64,000 nt of DNA, taken from NCBI GenBank assembly GCA_965198065.1, contig CBDAON010000004.1, positions 2,592,001 through 2,656,000 of the forward strand, in the 5' to 3' direction. The number at the start of each line of letters is the position of its first letter. The stretch's first letter is position 1. The DNA comes from Longimicrobiales bacterium. Lineage in GTDB: Bacteria; Gemmatimonadota; Gemmatimonadetes; Longimicrobiales; Gaopeijiaceae. This document shows positions 19,197 to 30,208 of the stretch, piece after piece. A model generated the notes under the pieces. The model was not told where the DNA came from. It did no database searches and saw only the letters and a program-made list of their open reading frames with translations. The translations under genes and the position numbers were made by a program.

Positions 19197-21503
19197 GTGG
19201 CGGTGGCCTACGCCTCTGGGATCGCTCTCCCGCTCCTGGGTGCCGACGTGGCGCCGGCGCTCCTCGCCTTCGCTCTCTCTCTCGCGCTCGTGTGCCTATG
19301 GCGCCGCCCCTGGCCGCTTGGCGTTCTCCTCGTGGCCGCGGTTGCCGGTGCCTCGTCGGGCTCCGCCTTTCTCCAGACCCGGGCGTGCGACTGCCGGCTC
19401 CGCCTCCCCGTGGACTGGGAAGGACCAGTGGAGGGCCGGCTCCTCGCCCGGTCGGGGGACGGAACCCTTCCGTTTCAGATCGAGGGGGGTGGGGCCGGCG
19501 TGGGGGGCTGCCACGAGGTCGTCCGCGCGTTCGCCCCGCCGGGCGACCGACTCCCGAGGGCCGGCGAGCGCATCCGGGTCGAGGCCCGCTGGGAGGGTCG
19601 GAGCTTCCCCGAGCCTGGGCGCGCCGAGTGGGCGGGTCGCCTTCGACTCGGGGCGGACTGGGAGAGGGCCGACGGCGGCGGGCTCGTCGGACTCGTGCTC
19701 TCCTTCCGTGCTCGCGTGCAGGAACGGATGGTTCTCCTCTGGGGCGAGCGGTCCGCCCCCTTCGTCGAGGCGCTGATTCTGGCGCGCCGGGAGCACCTGG
19801 ATCCGGCGCTCGCCGATGCCTTCGCGCTCTCGGGGATCGCCCACCTGCTCGCGATCTCAGGATTCCACGTGGGCGTCGTGGCCGCGATTCTCTTCGGGTT
19901 GCTGCGCGCCGCCGGGCTCCGCCACCGGGGGGCGGGCCTCGCGTCCACGGCCGGGTGCTGGGGTTACGTGCTCGGGATCGGTGCTCCGCAAGCCGCCGTC
20001 CGCGCGTGTCTGCTCCTCACGCTCCTGGCGCTCGCCCGCCTCCGGGGGCGCCCCGTCGTCGGGGTTGGGGCGCTGGGCTCGGCCCTCCTCATCCTTCTCC
20101 TGGTCAGTCCGGGCTGGCTGGGATCGGTCGGCTTCCAGCTCTCCTTCGCGGGCACCGCGGGGCTCCTTCTCCTCCGGCGCCCTGTGGCCGAGGTCCTCGA
20201 GGAGGTCTGGCTTCGGGCGATCGGGCGGGCCTTTCCCCGGAAACGGGAGCGTGGGTTCGGTGCGGCCCTGGTCCGGTGGGGGGCTGAAGGGACCGCGGTG
20301 GGCCTGGCCGCGACGATCCCCACGCTCCCGCTCCTCGCTTGGCATTTCGTTCGCCTCTCCCTGGTCGGGGTGCCGGCCACGCTCCTCTTGGCCCCGGCCA
20401 TCTCCCTCGCGATCCCGGGGATCGCAGGCAGCCTCGCGGTCTCGGTTGCCTCCGTCCCGCTCGGCACCTTCCTGGCGGGCGGGCCCGCGCTCTTTCTCGT
20501 CGGAGTCGAGGAAGCGGCCCGTCGGATGACGTCGCTTCCCTTCGCTTCCGTCTGGATCTCCAGGCGGGCGCTGCTCACGGCGATCCTAGGCGGGGCCCTC
20601 ACGCACCTCTTTCTCAGACTCACGTTCCGCGGCCGGGTGCGACCTCGCGTCCGGGGACTCGCATCGCTCGGCGGAGGTGGGGCACTCGCGCTGCTCGCGC
20701 CCCTCCTTCCGCTTGGCGGTAGTCTCGAGGTCCACGTGCTGGACGTGGGTCAGGGAGAGGCGATCGCGCTCCGCTCGCCGTCCGGCCGGTGGATGCTGAT
20801 CGACGCGGGTCCGAGAAGCGAGGGATACGACGCCGGGGAGCGACGGGTGGTGCCCTACCTCAAGCGATGGGGCGTCCGCCGACTAGATGCCTTGGTTCTC
20901 ACGCACCCGCACCTGGATCACATCGGCGGCGCGCCCGCGGTTCTCCGGAGCTTCTCGGTACAAGGAATCCTCGACCCCTCCCGGCCATACGGCTCGCCGC
21001 CGTATCTGGAGGTCCTGGAGAGGGCGCGCGACGGGGAAGTGGCATGGTGGACCGCGACCGGCGGTATGACGTTCGACTTCGACGGGATCGAGGTGACGCT
21101 CCCGCATCCGCCTCCCCGCTTTCCGGACGCTACGGAGCCGGCGGACCCGAACGACATCTCGATCGTGCTCCTGGTGCGGTGGGGCGACGCCTCGGTCCTC
21201 CTTACCGGGGACGCTCCGGCGGTTGTGGAGCAGACCCTCCTCCTCGGGCTCTCCCCGGTAACGCTCCTCAAGCTCGGACACCACGGAAGCCGCACTTCCA
21301 CGTCCCCGGAGCTCCTTCGCACGGTGAGGCCCCGAGCGGCCGTGGTCTCCGCCGGAGAGGGGAACCGGTTCGGGCACCCCCACGCCGAGGTGCTGGAGCG
21401 CGTCGGGACGGCTGGGATCGGCCTGTTTCGGACCGACCGGGACGGGGATGTCCGAATCCGTCTCGGCCCGGACGGATCCCTTCAGGTGGGCACTTCGAGG
21501 TGA
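19197..21503 (+). CDS. comEC: DNA internalization competence protein ComEC/Rec2
   Basis: GIAHLLAISGFHV, GFQLSFAG, MBL domain LDVGQG, THPHLDHIGG, LTGD, GHHGSRTS, NRFGHPH. Confidence 0.95.
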   Translation: MAVAYASGIALPLLGADVAPALLAFALSLALVCLWRRPWPLGVLLVAAVAGASSGSAFLQTRACDCRLRLPVDWEGPVEGRLLARSGDGTLPFQIEGGGAGVGGCHEVVRAFAPPGDRLPRAGERIRVEARWEGRSFPEPGRAEWAGRLRLGADWERADGGGLVGLVLSFRARVQERMVLLWGERSAPFVEALILARREHLDPALADAFALSGIAHLLAISGFHVGVVAAILFGLLRAAGLRHRGAGLASTAGCWGYVLGIGAPQAAVRACLLLTLLALARLRGRPVVGVGALGSALLILLLVSPGWLGSVGFQLSFAGTAGLLLLRRPVAEVLEEVWLRAIGRAFPRKRERGFGAALVRWGAEGTAVGLAATIPTLPLLAWHFVRLSLVGVPATLLLAPAISLAIPGIAGSLAVSVASVPLGTFLAGGPALFLVGVEEAARRMTSLPFASVWISRRALLTAILGGALTHLFLRLTFRGRVRPRVRGLASLGGGGALALLAPLLPLGGSLEVHVLDVGQGEAIALRSPSGRWMLIDAGPRSEGYDAGERRVVPYLKRWGVRRLDALVLTHPHLDHIGGAPAVLRSFSVQGILDPSRPYGSPPYLEVLERARDGEVAWWTATGGMTFDFDGIEVTLPHPPPRFPDATEPADPNDISIVLLVRWGDASVLLTGDAPAVVEQTLLLGLSPVTLLKLGHHGSRTSTSPELLRTVRPRAAVVSAGEGNRFGHPHAEVLERVGTAGIGLFRTDRDGDVRIRLGPDGSLQVGTSR

Positions 21504-21509
21504 TACAAT
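21481..21509 (+). promoter_or_regulatory. Candidate internal promoter of fbp
   Basis: TTCAGG-N17-TACAAT with extended TG (TGATACAAT); ATG 9 nt downstream, no SD. Confidence 0.6.
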
Positions 21510-21518
21510 GGATCCACC

Positions 21519-22526
21519 ATGGCCGATACCCACATCGTCACGATCGACCGACACATCGTCGAGGAGGAGCGACGCCACCCCGATGCCCGGGGGGCGTTCT
21601 CGAACATCCTCGCCGACCTCGCCATGGCCGCGAAGGTGATCGCCCGGCAGGTGAATATGGCGGGGCTGATGGACATCCTGGGAAAGGCCGGGCACCGGAA
21701 CGTCCAGGGGGAGGCCGTCCAGAAGCTGGACGTGTTCGCCCAAGAGGTAATCTACCGGGCCATGGACCACACCGGTTACCTCTGCTGCATGGTCTCGGAG
21801 GAGAGCGAGGACTTCATTCCCGTTCCGGAGAAGTTTCCGGCCGGCGACTACGTCCTGGTCTTCGACCCCCTCGACGGGTCGTCCAACATCGACGTGAACG
21901 TGTCGATCGGGACGATCTTCGCGATCCTGAAAAAGGTGTCCGCCAGCGAGCGCGGGAGCCTGGAGGACTGCCTGCAGCCGGGACGCAAGCAGATCGCCGC
22001 CGGGTATGTGGTATACGGGTCGTCGACCATGATGGTGTACACGGCGGGGAAGGGAGTCCACGGATTCACGCTCGACCCGTCCATCGGCGAGTTCATCCTA
22101 AGCCACCCGGACATCCGTATCCCGGATCCCCCGGCCCGCTCGTACTCAGTGAACGAGGCGTACTCCGCCCGCTGGTCGCCCGGGGTCAGGGGCTTTGTCG
22201 ATCACCTCAAGAGAGAAGAGGGCGGCGGGTACTCGTCCCGGTACATCGGCTCCCTCGTAGCCGACTTCCACCGCACGCTTCTCAAGGGCGGGATCTTCCT
22301 GTACCCGGCGGATCGAAGGAGCCCCTCCGGCAAGCTTCGCCTCGTCTACGAGGCGGCACCTCTCGCCCTGATCGCGGAGGCGGCCGGAGGCCGGGCCTCG
22401 AGTGGGCGGCAGGACATCCTGGACCTGAAGCCGGCGGAGCTGCACGAGAGGACGCCTCTCTTCATCGGCTCCCCCGTCCTGGTCACACGGGCGGAGGAGT
22501 TCCTGGCACGCGAATCGGGAGGGTGA
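21519..22526 (+). CDS. fbp: Class 1 fructose-1,6-bisphosphatase
   Basis: [50 protein letters not shown]. Confidence 0.97.
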   Translation: MADTHIVTIDRHIVEEERRHPDARGAFSNILADLAMAAKVIARQVNMAGLMDILGKAGHRNVQGEAVQKLDVFAQEVIYRAMDHTGYLCCMVSEESEDFIPVPEKFPAGDYVLVFDPLDGSSNIDVNVSIGTIFAILKKVSASERGSLEDCLQPGRKQIAAGYVVYGSSTMMVYTAGKGVHGFTLDPSIGEFILSHPDIRIPDPPARSYSVNEAYSARWSPGVRGFVDHLKREEGGGYSSRYIGSLVADFHRTLLKGGIFLYPADRRSPSGKLRLVYEAAPLALIAEAAGGRASSGRQDILDLKPAELHERTPLFIGSPVLVTRAEEFLARESGG

Positions 22527-22533
22527 GCCGCCG

Positions 22534-25380
22534 ATGGTGAGGCTTCGAGTCCTGGCTCTCGCTCCGCTCGCCCTCCTCGCCGCGTGTGACGACGGGACCG
22601 GGACGGGGCCGAGGGGTGACGTGCGGGGGAGCGTGATGGTCGAGGGCGTGAGCCTAGTCGGCGTGACCGTGGAGCTGACCGGACCCGAGAACCGGAGCGC
22701 GACGACCGACGGAGCCGGCGGCTACGAGTTCACCGGCGTGCCGACGGGAGCGTACGTCGTCTCGATCCGGAACGTCCCGGCGGACGCGTCGTTCCCCGCG
22801 ACGTCCCGGACGGCTGTCGTCTCGGGGAGTCGAGTCGAGACGGTGAACTTCGTCGGGAACTTCATCCGCACGTCGTCGATCGGTGGAACCGTCCTCGCGG
22901 GGAGCCGGGGGCTCGGGGGTGTGACCGTGCTCCTGACTGGCGACGTGGCTCACTCCGCCATCACCGACGCGAACGGAATCTTCCGGTTCACGGGGCTCCG
23001 TTCGGCCGACTACGTTGTCGAGATCCTGGGATTTCCCGCCTCGGTCACATTCTTCAACACCGCGGCCAGCGTGAGCCTTGCCACCGGGGAGACCCACCTC
23101 GTCACGTTCGCCGGCCAGCCGCAGCTCACCGCGTCCGCGACGATCCGTTCCGTCGTGCGGCGCCTGCCGGACGGAAGCACCGAGGTGGCCGATCCCATGG
23201 ATCTGAAAGGCAGCGTGGAGGTCACCGTCACGGTCGACCGCGGAGAGGACACGCTCGAGTCCCTCGAGTTTCTTCTGGGTGACGTCGTGGTCGGGGCGCA
23301 TTCGTTCCTGATCGGAGGGGCCGCCCCCGTGTCCGCGCCCTTCGACATCGTTTTCCCTCTCGACACGGACGCGTTCGACCCGGAGACCGGAGCGGTCGAG
23401 TACCCGAACGGGCCGCGCCTTCTCCGCGTGCGCCTCGCGACCCTCGAAGGGGGTCCCGACGCATGGCAGACCACCATCCAGGTCCGCCTCCGGAACCAGA
23501 ACACCGTCACGGGCATGGTCACCGCCGAACGGGGTCCGGTTACGGGCCAGGACGGGAACACCTGGCTGGGTGGGGCCGTCACGGTCGTGGCTCGACCCGT
23601 ACTCTACGATCCGTCCGTCTCGATCGCGTCGCTCACGTTCGAGCTCCGGCGGGTCGAGGGCCCCCAGCTCCGGATGCTCGACGTCGAGGGTACGGCTCCG
23701 TTCCAGGGGGTGTTCGGAGGAAGCGGAACCGAGGGGGTGGGGAACGTCGTGGGCTATCAGACGCCGTCGGGAGAGGCGGACCAGGTGCGCGTGCTCGGTG
23801 CTCGGACCCCGGACGGAACTCCACTCACCGGGTTTCCGGTTGTCATCGTCACCGAGCTCCGGGTGGACAACCTGGGTCCAGTTCCGGGGGGCTTCCGCCT
23901 GCCCGAGCAGGGGGCGTCGGCGGACTGCTGCTTGAACAACTGGATCGGCGGCGCGTTCGAGCTCGCGTCGGGCCTGGATGCCGCCTCGGACGGGGGTGTG
24001 GGCGGCGTCTCGTTCTCGATCCACGTGGGTCCGGCCGAGGCCACGGACGCCCAGATCGTGGAGCTCCCCCCGACGACCTCAGGCGCCGAGCTCGACCCCA
24101 CCGACGGGAACTCGGCCTACCGCGCCGTCGCGCGGTTGGGCGATCTCCTCGGGAACACGGCTCTCGTTCCGCTCGCGCCATCGGAGGGAAACCCGATATC
24201 GAACGTCCAAGGGGCCGTTTTCGGCGTGGACACGGGGGCGCCCCAGCTCGCGTTCGGCCCCGGAAGCGTCGCGGATCGCGCCGCGAACCCCGTCGCGGGG
24301 ACATCGTGGCTGCTCGTAGCGACGGAGGAGCTGTCGGGGATCGGTCCGCTCCCCGCGCGAACACGGGTTCTCCGTCGGGCCCCGGGGGTCGAAGGCACGG
24401 CGGCTTGCCCGTTCCCTCAGGTGCTGCCCTGCGCTCCGGCCCGGGACGGGCTCCAGCGGGAGGTGCCGTCCGGGTCGGACGGATACTTCGCGATCGAGAG
24501 CTGGGTTCTGGATCGCGCCGGAAACCGGTCCAACACAGTCTTGCGAACCGTCCTCAGGGACGGCTCGCCCCCGCGCATCCACTCCCTCCAGGTCCCCTCC
24601 GGGCCCGTGGCGGGGTCCGACGCGTCGTTCTCGGCGCAGGTCTCGGACGACATCGACGTGATGAGCGGGACGATCGGCCTCCGCTTCGAGGCGTCTGAAG
24701 AGGACGGAGAGACCCTGACCTTCGCGGCTCCGGGCCGGATCGGGGAACCGTTCTCCGGCGTGCTGACGACGGAAGGGTTCCTGAGCGAGACGTTCCCCGT
24801 CGTGGTGTCGCTCGAGCGCGCGACCGTGGGGACGGAGGAGGACGAGCCCTCCGGCATCCTCCTCCCGCTCGCGGGCGCTCGTGTCACAGTCCTGGACGCG
24901 GTGGGGGGGGTGGCTTCCGCGACGAACGCGCTGCCGGCGCTGGGTGGGGCGGACCCGCAGGGCTTCTCGGTGGCCGTCCGGGGTGAGGCCGGTGGCGTGG
25001 CTGGCTGGGAGGTCGGGGCCGGGGCGGACGATGTCTGCCGAGCGAGCGCCTCGGGCGAGTGCCCCGCGGGGGTACCATCGACCGTCCGCATCACCGCTCG
25101 GGCCCTTGGCCTTGAAGCCGTGTTCGAGCTGCCGTTCCGGCGCGTTCACTTCTACGTCGAGCGCGCCGGCGAACTGGAGTGGATCGGAGCCTCGAGCGCA
25201 CCCACACTGACTGAGGGGACGGGAGAGCGCGGTCGCCTCTGGTCGTGGGACATCGACTGGACGCCGGGCACCGACGCTCCCGAGGGAGCCACGGTCGTGC
25301 GTGCGGCGGGGGTGGACACCGGGGGGAGGGCACTCCTCACGGGCGCGTCGGCGCCGCTGACGGTGCTTGCGGGAAGCTGA
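22534..25380 (+). CDS. Large surface lipoprotein with tandem carboxypeptidase-regulatory-like (prealbumin-fold) and Ig-like domains
   Basis: Lipobox LAAC; two repeats GVTV.LTG...TD..G.Y/F.F.G...G.Y.V; D.AGN/D.LGN Ig-fold motifs; Cys pairs. Confidence 0.78.
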   Translation: MVRLRVLALAPLALLAACDDGTGTGPRGDVRGSVMVEGVSLVGVTVELTGPENRSATTDGAGGYEFTGVPTGAYVVSIRNVPADASFPATSRTAVVSGSRVETVNFVGNFIRTSSIGGTVLAGSRGLGGVTVLLTGDVAHSAITDANGIFRFTGLRSADYVVEILGFPASVTFFNTAASVSLATGETHLVTFAGQPQLTASATIRSVVRRLPDGSTEVADPMDLKGSVEVTVTVDRGEDTLESLEFLLGDVVVGAHSFLIGGAAPVSAPFDIVFPLDTDAFDPETGAVEYPNGPRLLRVRLATLEGGPDAWQTTIQVRLRNQNTVTGMVTAERGPVTGQDGNTWLGGAVTVVARPVLYDPSVSIASLTFELRRVEGPQLRMLDVEGTAPFQGVFGGSGTEGVGNVVGYQTPSGEADQVRVLGARTPDGTPLTGFPVVIVTELRVDNLGPVPGGFRLPEQGASADCCLNNWIGGAFELASGLDAASDGGVGGVSFSIHVGPAEATDAQIVELPPTTSGAELDPTDGNSAYRAVARLGDLLGNTALVPLAPSEGNPISNVQGAVFGVDTGAPQLAFGPGSVADRAANPVAGTSWLLVATEELSGIGPLPARTRVLRRAPGVEGTAACPFPQVLPCAPARDGLQREVPSGSDGYFAIESWVLDRAGNRSNTVLRTVLRDGSPPRIHSLQVPSGPVAGSDASFSAQVSDDIDVMSGTIGLRFEASEEDGETLTFAAPGRIGEPFSGVLTTEGFLSETFPVVVSLERATVGTEEDEPSGILLPLAGARVTVLDAVGGVASATNALPALGGADPQGFSVAVRGEAGGVAGWEVGAGADDVCRASASGECPAGVPSTVRITARALGLEAVFELPFRRVHFYVERAGELEWIGASSAPTLTEGTGERGRLWSWDIDWTPGTDAPEGATVVRAAGVDTGGRALLTGASAPLTVLAGS

Positions 25381-25420
25381 TCGTCGCGGCCGTGAGCTGA
25401 CCGTCGTTCAGGGGAGCTGA
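25341..25420. repeat. Degenerate 20-bp-period tandem repeat ending in GCTGA
   Basis: GCTGA at 25356, 25376, 25396 and 25416; the last three read AGCTGA. Confidence 0.45.
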
Positions 25421-25463
25421 CGACCCGAGCCCGTCGGGAACACTCGACGTGGAGCTCCGAGCG

Positions 25464-26954
25464 TCAGCAGCCCGGGGGGGCCAAGGTCGTGACGAGCCCC
25501 AGCTCCTGATCCACGAGGGGAGCAGAGTAGTCGCCCGAGAAGCAGGCGTCGCAGAAGGGACCGAACTCTTCCACGGCTGCTAGCATCCCCTCGAGGGACA
25601 GGTATCCGAGGGAGGCCACCCCGAGGAACTCCGCGATCTCCTCTACAGAGTGCGTGGCCCCCATGAGCTCCGCGCGGGACGGCATGTCGATTCCGTAGAA
25701 GCAGGGGAAGCGAACCGGGGGGCTCCCGACCCGGAGGTGCACCTCGCGCGCCCCCGCCTCGACCAGGAACTTCACGAGCGAGGTGGACGTCGTGCCCCGG
25801 ACGAGCGAATCGTCCACGACCACGACTCGCCTCCCCGCGACGACCTCCTTCACCGGGTTGTACTTGATGCGGGCGCCGAAGTCTCGGTCCACCTGCGACG
25901 GGCTGATGAACGTCCGGCCCACGTAGTGGTTCCGGAGGAGGCCCAGTTCGTATGGGATTCCGCTCTCTTCGGCGTATCCCAGGGCAGCCGAGTTCGCGGA
26001 GTCCGGGACGGCGACCACGCAGTCGGCCCGAGCCGGATGCTCCCTCGCGAGCTGCCGTCCGAACGCCCGGCGCGCGCGGTCCACGGAGACCCCCCAGATG
26101 TTCGAGTCGGGCCGCGCGAAGTAGACCAGCTCGAAGATGCATGGCGCGACCCTCGGCGCCGCGGGGAGGCTCCGGAGGGACTCGACGCTCGGTCCCTTGA
26201 TCTTCAGAACCTCTCCCGGCCGGATGTCCCGGACGAACTCCGCCGCAATGATGTCGAGGGCGCAGGTTTCGGACGCGACTACGTACGCGTCTCCCTTCCT
26301 CCCGAGGACGAGGGGGCGGTATCCCCGCGGATCGACGGCCGCGTAAATCGTATCGCCCACCGAGATCGCGAGGGAGAACGCGCCCTCGAGCCGGGTGAGG
26401 GCGTCCTCCAGCTGCTCCTCCACCGTCTCGCGCCGGGAGCGCGCGATCAGGTGCACGATGACCTCTGAGTCGGAGGAGGTCTGGAAAAGGGCTCCCTCGG
26501 CGACCAGCTGCTCCCGGAGGGCCTGCGCGTTCGTGAGGTTCCCGTTGTGCGCGATCGTCAGGTCTCCCCGGGCGTAGCGGGTGACGATCGGCTGAGCGTT
26601 CTGCGGGCGGCTTCCCCCGGCCGTCGAGTACCGCACGTGGCCGATCCCCGTGTCTCCCTCGAGGCTCTTGAGATCGCGTGTGGAGAAAGCGTCCGCGACC
26701 AGCCCCTGCCCCTTGAGGACGTGAGCCCGGCCGCTCCCGTCAATCGCGCAGATCCCCGCGGACTCCTGACCCCGGTGCTGGAGCGCGTAGAGACCGAGGA
26801 AGATGAGCTCTGCTGCTCCTTCGAGCCCCGAGATGGCGAACACCCCGCACTCGTGGTGGAGCCCCTCGTCCAGGGACGAAGAGAAGACGTGCAGCGGCAC
26901 CCGCCCGGGCGAACCGCTCCCCTCGGGCGTCATCGCTCCGCGGTTCTCGCTCAT
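25464..26954 (-). CDS. purF: Amidophosphoribosyltransferase
   Basis: Propeptide then [32 protein letters not shown], Fe-S cysteines (PCIFE, PCFYG, CDAC). Confidence 0.98.
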   Translation of the reverse strand: MSENRGAMTPEGSGSPGRVPLHVFSSSLDEGLHHECGVFAISGLEGAAELIFLGLYALQHRGQESAGICAIDGSGRAHVLKGQGLVADAFSTRDLKSLEGDTGIGHVRYSTAGGSRPQNAQPIVTRYARGDLTIAHNGNLTNAQALREQLVAEGALFQTSSDSEVIVHLIARSRRETVEEQLEDALTRLEGAFSLAISVGDTIYAAVDPRGYRPLVLGRKGDAYVVASETCALDIIAAEFVRDIRPGEVLKIKGPSVESLRSLPAAPRVAPCIFELVYFARPDSNIWGVSVDRARRAFGRQLAREHPARADCVVAVPDSANSAALGYAEESGIPYELGLLRNHYVGRTFISPSQVDRDFGARIKYNPVKEVVAGRRVVVVDDSLVRGTTSTSLVKFLVEAGAREVHLRVGSPPVRFPCFYGIDMPSRAELMGATHSVEEIAEFLGVASLGYLSLEGMLAAVEEFGPFCDACFSGDYSAPLVDQELGLVTTLAPPGC

Positions 26955-29218
26955 GGACGGTCACCCTCCATCAGCCTAGGTATCGCCTCGTGGTACGCCC
27001 TAGCGAGCATCTCGACCTCCACCCGGAGGAAGCCCTCTGGCGCCCGGATCGAGAAGATACCCGATCGTGACCCGACCGTGCCCAGGGGCCGGGCGGGCAC
27101 TTCGTGACGGGCAGCCTCCTCCAACATCACATCCACGGATCCCGGAGAGCAGCTCACGACGATCCGTCCCTGGGTCTCCCCGAAGAAGAGGGCCGCGGGG
27201 GCGATCGCGTCGGTCAGCTCGACCTCGACCCCCCGGGGCCCCTCGGGATCGGCTACCGCCGACTCGGCCAGGGCCATGCCGAGCCCGCCCTCCGAGCAGT
27301 CGTGCGCCGAACGGAGGAGGCCCTTCGCGGCTAGGGAGAGGACGGCTCTCTGGAGCCGGCGCTCGTGAGGAAGGTCCACGCGGGGCGGGACGCCCGCCAC
27401 GATCCCCTCCCGCCGGTAGAGGTATTCGGACGCGCCGATCTCTTCCCGCGTCGTGCCCAGGAGGACGATGACGTCGCCCTCCGTCCGGAAGGCGTGCCGG
27501 GTCGCTCGTGATACGTCGTCCAGGACCCCGACCATCCCAATCACCGGCGTCGGGTAGATCGCCTTTCCGCCGGTCTCGTTGTAGAGGGACACGTTCCCCC
27601 CCGTGACCGGCGTTTCGAAGAACGAGCAGGCTTCCGCAATCCCCAGCACGGCCTCCCGTAGCTGGAAGTAGACGGCAGGCCGGAGCGGGCTCCCGAAGTT
27701 CAGGTTGTTCGTGACAGCCAACGGGACGGCCCCCACGCACACCAGGTTCCGGGCCGCCTCGGCGACCGCCGCCTTCGCCCCTTCCCGCGGATCGAGGAAG
27801 CAGTAACGACCGTTTGAGTCCGTGGTCGCCGCCACGCCCCGGCTTGTTCCGCGGATCCGGATCACCCCCGCGTCACCCCCGGGCCGGATGACCGTGCTCG
27901 TCCGGACCGTTGAGTCATACTGCTCGTAGATCCACCTCTGGTCCGCGAGGTTGGGCGACCGCACCAGGTCCAGGAAGCGCTCGGTCAGGTCTCCGCGCGG
28001 CTCCAGGAGGAAGGCCAGGTCGCGCTCGCGGAGCACCTGGACCTCGGTCGACTCCACGCCCTTCCGCTCGTAGGTGGGGCAGCCCTCCGTCAGGGGAAGG
28101 GCTGGCACATCCGCTACCACGCTCCCGTTCTCCCGCACGCGGAGGCGGCCATCGTCCGTCACGATCCCGACTGCGGCCGCCTCGAGCTCCCACTTCTCGA
28201 GGATGCGTGCCACCCCGGCCTCGCTCCCCCGCCGGGCCACGACGAGCATTCGCTCCTGCGACTCGGAGAGCAGGATCTCGTACGGGGTCATCCTCGCCTC
28301 GCGGACCGGGACCCTGGAGACGTCGAGCTCGACCCCGCTCCCGGCGCGCCCGGCCATCTCCGAGGCGGAGGAGGTGAGCCCCGCGGCTCCCATGTCCTGG
28401 ATGCCTACGATGTGCCCGCTCCGGATCAGCTCGAGCGAAGCCTCGAGAAGGAGCTTCTCCGTGAACGGATCCCCGACCTGGACTCGGGGGCGACTCGCTT
28501 CGTCCGAGTCTTCCGAGAGCTGCTCGGAGGCAAACGTGGCCCCGTGGATCCCGTCCCGGCCCGTCCGGGCTCCCACGACCATGAGCACGTTCCCGATGCC
28601 CGACGCCTCCCCTCGGATGATCTCGTCCGTGCGCATGAGGCCGAGGCACATCGCGTTCACGATGGGGTTCGCGTCGTACGCCCGGTCGAAAAACACGTCC
28701 CCCCCGATGTTCGGGATTCCCACGCAGTTCCCGTAGTCGCCGATCCCCTTCACGACTCCCCCGAGGAGGTAGCGGACCCTCACGGAGTCGAGGTCGCCGA
28801 AGCGGAGCGAGTCGAGCACGGCGACCGGCCTCGCGCCCATCGTGAAGATGTCCCGAAGGATCCCGCCGACGCCGGTGGCGGCGCCCTGGTAGGGCTCCAC
28901 CGCCGAGGGATGGTTATGCGACTCGATCTTGAAGGCGAGCGCCCAGTCGTTGCCGATGTCGATCACCCCGGCGTTCTCGCCGGGGCCCTGGATCACCCAC
29001 GGGGCCTCGGTGGGGAGGAGCCTCAGGAGCCGTTTCGAGTTCTTGTACCCGCAGTGCTCGGACCACATCGCCGAGAAGATGCCGAGCTCCGTAAACGTCG
29101 GGTCCCGTCCGAGGATGCCCACGATTTGCTCAAACTCACTCGGCGACAGGCCGTGCTCCTGGACCAGCTCGGGGGTGAGGGGTGGGTCGCCGGGCCGGGC
29201 CGGCGGGGCCGAGATCAT
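26951..29218 (-). CDS. purL: Phosphoribosylformylglycinamidine synthase subunit PurL
   Basis: [46 protein letters not shown]. Confidence 0.98.
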   Translation of the reverse strand: MISAPPARPGDPPLTPELVQEHGLSPSEFEQIVGILGRDPTFTELGIFSAMWSEHCGYKNSKRLLRLLPTEAPWVIQGPGENAGVIDIGNDWALAFKIESHNHPSAVEPYQGAATGVGGILRDIFTMGARPVAVLDSLRFGDLDSVRVRYLLGGVVKGIGDYGNCVGIPNIGGDVFFDRAYDANPIVNAMCLGLMRTDEIIRGEASGIGNVLMVVGARTGRDGIHGATFASEQLSEDSDEASRPRVQVGDPFTEKLLLEASLELIRSGHIVGIQDMGAAGLTSSASEMAGRAGSGVELDVSRVPVREARMTPYEILLSESQERMLVVARRGSEAGVARILEKWELEAAAVGIVTDDGRLRVRENGSVVADVPALPLTEGCPTYERKGVESTEVQVLRERDLAFLLEPRGDLTERFLDLVRSPNLADQRWIYEQYDSTVRTSTVIRPGGDAGVIRIRGTSRGVAATTDSNGRYCFLDPREGAKAAVAEAARNLVCVGAVPLAVTNNLNFGSPLRPAVYFQLREAVLGIAEACSFFETPVTGGNVSLYNETGGKAIYPTPVIGMVGVLDDVSRATRHAFRTEGDVIVLLGTTREEIGASEYLYRREGIVAGVPPRVDLPHERRLQRAVLSLAAKGLLRSAHDCSEGGLGMALAESAVADPEGPRGVEVELTDAIAPAALFFGETQGRIVVSCSPGSVDVMLEEAARHEVPARPLGTVGSRSGIFSIRAPEGFLRVEVEMLARAYHEAIPRLMEGDRP

Positions 29219-29916
29219 GCGGCAACCCCGGCGAGGCGGGCTGCCAGCGCCTCGAAAAGGCTCCGCCCGTCGGTCGAGCCCAGGATCTCCTCGACCGCGC
29301 GCTCCGGGTGGGGCATCATCCCGAGCACGTTGCCCTCCGCGTTCACGATCCCCGCGATGTTGCGCTCGGACCCGTTCGGGTTCGAGCCGGGCCCGAGCGC
29401 ACCGTCGGGCCGCACGTAACGGAAGACGACGCGGCCCTCTTCCTCGAGCTCCTCGAGCGTCGCCGTGTCCGCGTAGTAGCTCCCCTCGCCGTGCGCGATG
29501 GGGATGCGGAGGACCTGCCCTTCCCGGTAACGGGAAGTGAAGATCGTCCGTATTGTCTCGACACGGACGTGCACGTCCACGCTCCGGAAGCGGAGGCTCT
29601 CGTTTCGGAGGAGCGCGCCGGGAAGCAGACCCGACTCGCAGAGGATCTGGAAGCCGTTGCAGATTCCCAGGACCGGCCCACCGCCCCGGGCGAAGTCCGA
29701 CACGGCCTTCATCACGGGGGAGAAGCGGGCGATTGCCCCAGCCCTCAGATAATCCCCGTGCGCGAAGCCGCCGGGAAGGAAGACGGCCTCGACGCTTCCC
29801 AGCTCGCGTTCCCGGTGCCACACAAACACGGGGTCTAGCCTGGGGAAGAGCTGGAGGGCCTTGTAGCAGTCGTAGTCGCAGTTCGAGCCGGGGAAGGTGA
29901 CGACGGCGACGCTCAT
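29215..29916 (-). CDS. purQ: FGAM synthase glutaminase subunit PurQ
   Basis: [32 protein letters not shown]. Confidence 0.98.
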   Translation of the reverse strand: MSVAVVTFPGSNCDYDCYKALQLFPRLDPVFVWHRERELGSVEAVFLPGGFAHGDYLRAGAIARFSPVMKAVSDFARGGGPVLGICNGFQILCESGLLPGALLRNESLRFRSVDVHVRVETIRTIFTSRYREGQVLRIPIAHGEGSYYADTATLEELEEEGRVVFRYVRPDGALGPGSNPNGSERNIAGIVNAEGNVLGMMPHPERAVEEILGSTDGRSLFEALAARLAGVAA

Positions 29917-30188
29917 GCGCTCGCCCCACCGACGGGGGTCCCTCCCATGACCGTCACCTGGAAGTCCTCGGTGACCGGGTTCGCGAGGAGCTTCCGGCAC
30001 ATCTCCCGACCGAGCTCGATCGCGGCGTCGGGGCTCTCGGCCCGGAGCTCGATGTCGATCACCTTTCCCACGCGAATTTCCTCGGCCCCGGCGAATCCCA
30101 GCGAGGCCAGCGCGTGCTGGATCGCTTGCCCCTGCGGATCCAGGAGCCCCGGTCGGGGCTTCACACGGACCTCGAGGTGGTAGCGCAT
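29913..30188 (-). CDS. purS: FGAM synthase subunit PurS
   Basis: [27 protein letters not shown]. Confidence 0.95.
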   Translation of the reverse strand: MRYHLEVRVKPRPGLLDPQGQAIQHALASLGFAGAEEIRVGKVIDIELRAESPDAAIELGREMCRKLLANPVTEDFQVTVMGGTPVGGASA

Positions 30189-30208
30189 CGAGGTCGTCTC
30201 CTCGCTTG

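Noticed and set aside
26951..29929. Apparent N-terminally extended or fused ORFs (purL 992 aa; also 40337-42397 trpB, 47257-49089 panB, 15342-17393 barrel, 54535-56028 phoH, 13215-14852 alr, 12734-14269 mazG)
   Set aside because: The extensions run through neighbouring genes in another frame; true starts lie downstream at coupled or RBS-preceded codons
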